DNA of 62,892 nt, counting the filler, from Octopus bimaculoides (Eukaryota), in assembly GCF_001194135.2 (NCBI RefSeq). It is 5 parts of 4 records of this genome, joined end to end, with 100 filler letters (N's around TTAATTAATTAA, not from the genome) between each part and the next. Parts side by side here need not be neighbours in the genome. Positions count along the whole stretch, not along the records: positions 59,470 to 62,892 come from NC_068986.1; 4 more parts are not named here. The stretch is one strand, 5' to 3'. The notes beneath the pieces were generated by a model. The model saw only the letters and a program-made list of their open reading frames with translations, searched no databases and had not been told where the DNA came from. Shown in pieces: positions 61,306-62,892 of this stretch. Made by a program: the position numbers and the translations under genes. The number at the start of each line of letters is the position of its first letter. Within the stretch, counting starts at the first letter, position 1.

Positions 61306-62717
61306 GGGACAGGGACAACTGAAGAAGGGAAATATTTTTTATGTTGCATGTCTCGTTTCTCTATTATTTTTTTTTCATTGTTCGAAAAAAAGTTCGTATT
61401 CTGTTTTCGTTTCTCATTGTATTTAACGTTTTTTTTTTGTGATGTCCTGTACCCATATATGCATGTATGTATACATATAGGTATGTATACATATAGGTAT
61501 GCATGTAGGTATGTACATATATGTATGGATATATGCAAATATTTATATATTATTTATATTATTATATGACCGAACGCCAAGCATCTTTTTCCAAGTAAGT
61601 TTTATCTTAATAATTACCATGCACACTCTACTATTATTACTATCACTTCCCTGTCTATCTCTCTCCCTCTGTTGTTCTTCGTCCTCGTCTTTTCTGCTTT
61701 TCTCTCCCAACCCTTCCCTATTCTTCTCTTCCTTTCACCGTTCTCTCTCTCTCTCTCACTCCTCCTCCTTGACCCTCTCGTCACCGACATGTGACGAAAG
61801 GGATTCTTTCTTTCTATTTCCTGCCTTCCTATATAGAAGACGTGAATTTGTTTTGTTTCTCATTCACATCTAACTTCACGTTCAAAATAATAATTTTTCT
61901 ATCGTCGTGGCCTAACAGCCCTTACCGTTTGTTTTCACTCTCTTGTCTTGTATTTACTGTCTTTTACTGTCTTGTTCTAACTGTCCTGTTCTTGTTTACA
62001 CTTTCACCCTCCGCAAAAAATTCCAAATTTTATTTAATTTGCTTTGCGGGAAGGTCTGTTCCAACGAAGTCGCGTATTGTCCTTGCCTTCGAAACGCGTT
62101 ATCAGTTGCGACCTCATTTACACCGTTGTTCGATACATTTGTATTAGGTATTTTCACTCATGAAGAGGGGTATGAGGATGAGGTGACATGACCGCCGGTG
62201 TTTTTTGAGAAACCATCTCTAGAGGTGGTACGGACCAAGGTTAAAGAGGCACCCTCGCTCCATGAGACAGACAACCTCACCAGACGCCAACCTAGTATTT
62301 CATGGTCTTTTGGTGCGCTTACAGGTACCACACCTTGCCCAGCGGTGATCTGACGGTAGATGTGGTTAAGGGTAACCTCATTATTCCCATGTCAAGACTT
62401 CACAACCGGATGCAGTTTCACATCATACCCAGGTCATATTATTGTTTCTTTTGGCGTTGTTAATGCCTTTCTTATCATTTCTGTTTTCCTGGCTATTTCC
62501 TGTAGCCACGATAGATCTGTTGTAATTGTTGATCTTTCTTTGATCGTTGTTGCAACTTTCATTTTTGTCCTTATAGTGACTGCCTTCTGTAATCAGGGTG
62601 GCTCAGCTGCTGATATTGCTTTTTAGAGTTGTTGCTGTTTTTTGTGTTCGCTACGTTCTGTAGCCATACGAAATGGACTGGCAGTATGGTTGCTAACTTA
62701 TTATTATTATTATTATT

Positions 62718-62892
62718 CAGTAGTTTTATTTTTATAACGTGCTTTCACTTCACTACCGAGCGCAGCTCTGTGCGCCTTGGGTATGTGCTGTGGTTTGCTG
62801 TGGTGCTCTTATGTTTACTGTATTGAAAGTGTTTTGCGTAGAATGTGTGCAGTGCCCAGTAGTGCAATTTTCTGTATGTTATATATATTTGT
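62718..62892 (-). mobile_element. R4/Dong-clade family R4-C 3' end, running off the window
   Basis: TNIYNIQKIALLGTAHILRKTLSIQ* (stop 62815-62817), ~100-nt UTR, then (TAA)n at ~62697-62717. Confidence 0.85.

Larger units (their letters stand above)
1..62892. repeat. Very dense microsatellites throughout: (TA), (CA), (GA), (GCAC), (ATAC), (ATCT), (ACCT), (AAT), (AAC), (GAT), (TAC), (CAC)
   Basis: Seen directly. Most N-gaps are flanked by them. Confidence 0.98.

Noticed and set aside
1015-61538. Dozens of long ORFs rich in CV/YI/HT/X in the ORF track
   Set aside because: They are translations of (CA)n, (TA)n and (ATAC)n arrays and N-runs, which lack stops.
62440-62690. Minus-strand frame faintly like the R4 pre-RT region (LSWLQEIARKTEMIRKAL)
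   Set aside because: Similarity is too weak to call without a profile search.

Overview
AT-rich eukaryotic draft-assembly DNA dominated by microsatellites, N-gaps and transposon debris. The SINE and LINE repertoire points to an octopus/coleoid cephalopod genome (inference from remembered repeat sequences, no search run). No host gene can be called with confidence; two weak exon candidates lie at 4519-4556 (-) and 13602-13625 (+). Recognisable elements are: three lineages of R4/Dong-clade (restriction-like endonuclease, RLE) non-LTR retrotransposons, two ending in (TAA)n and one mostly in (ATAC)n; a Penelope-like RT relic; RTE and CR1-group LINE relics; a TIR-bounded, internally deleted Tc1 element; two mariner relics; hAT-type MITE relics; and at least four tRNA-derived SINE families. 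Family labels (R4-A/B/C, SINE-A/B/D, repeats E-H) are my working names. Most interesting observations: a minimal hammerhead ribozyme candidate with an intact core (34275-34322); an R4 family tied to (ATAC)n arrays with two fragments sharing one 5' breakpoint; a SINE splitting an RLE catalytic motif; and four foldback/palindromic structures. Four artificial N44-TTAATTAATTAA-N44 spacers mark joins across which contiguity is unproven. Most long ORFs in the track are microsatellite or N artefacts.
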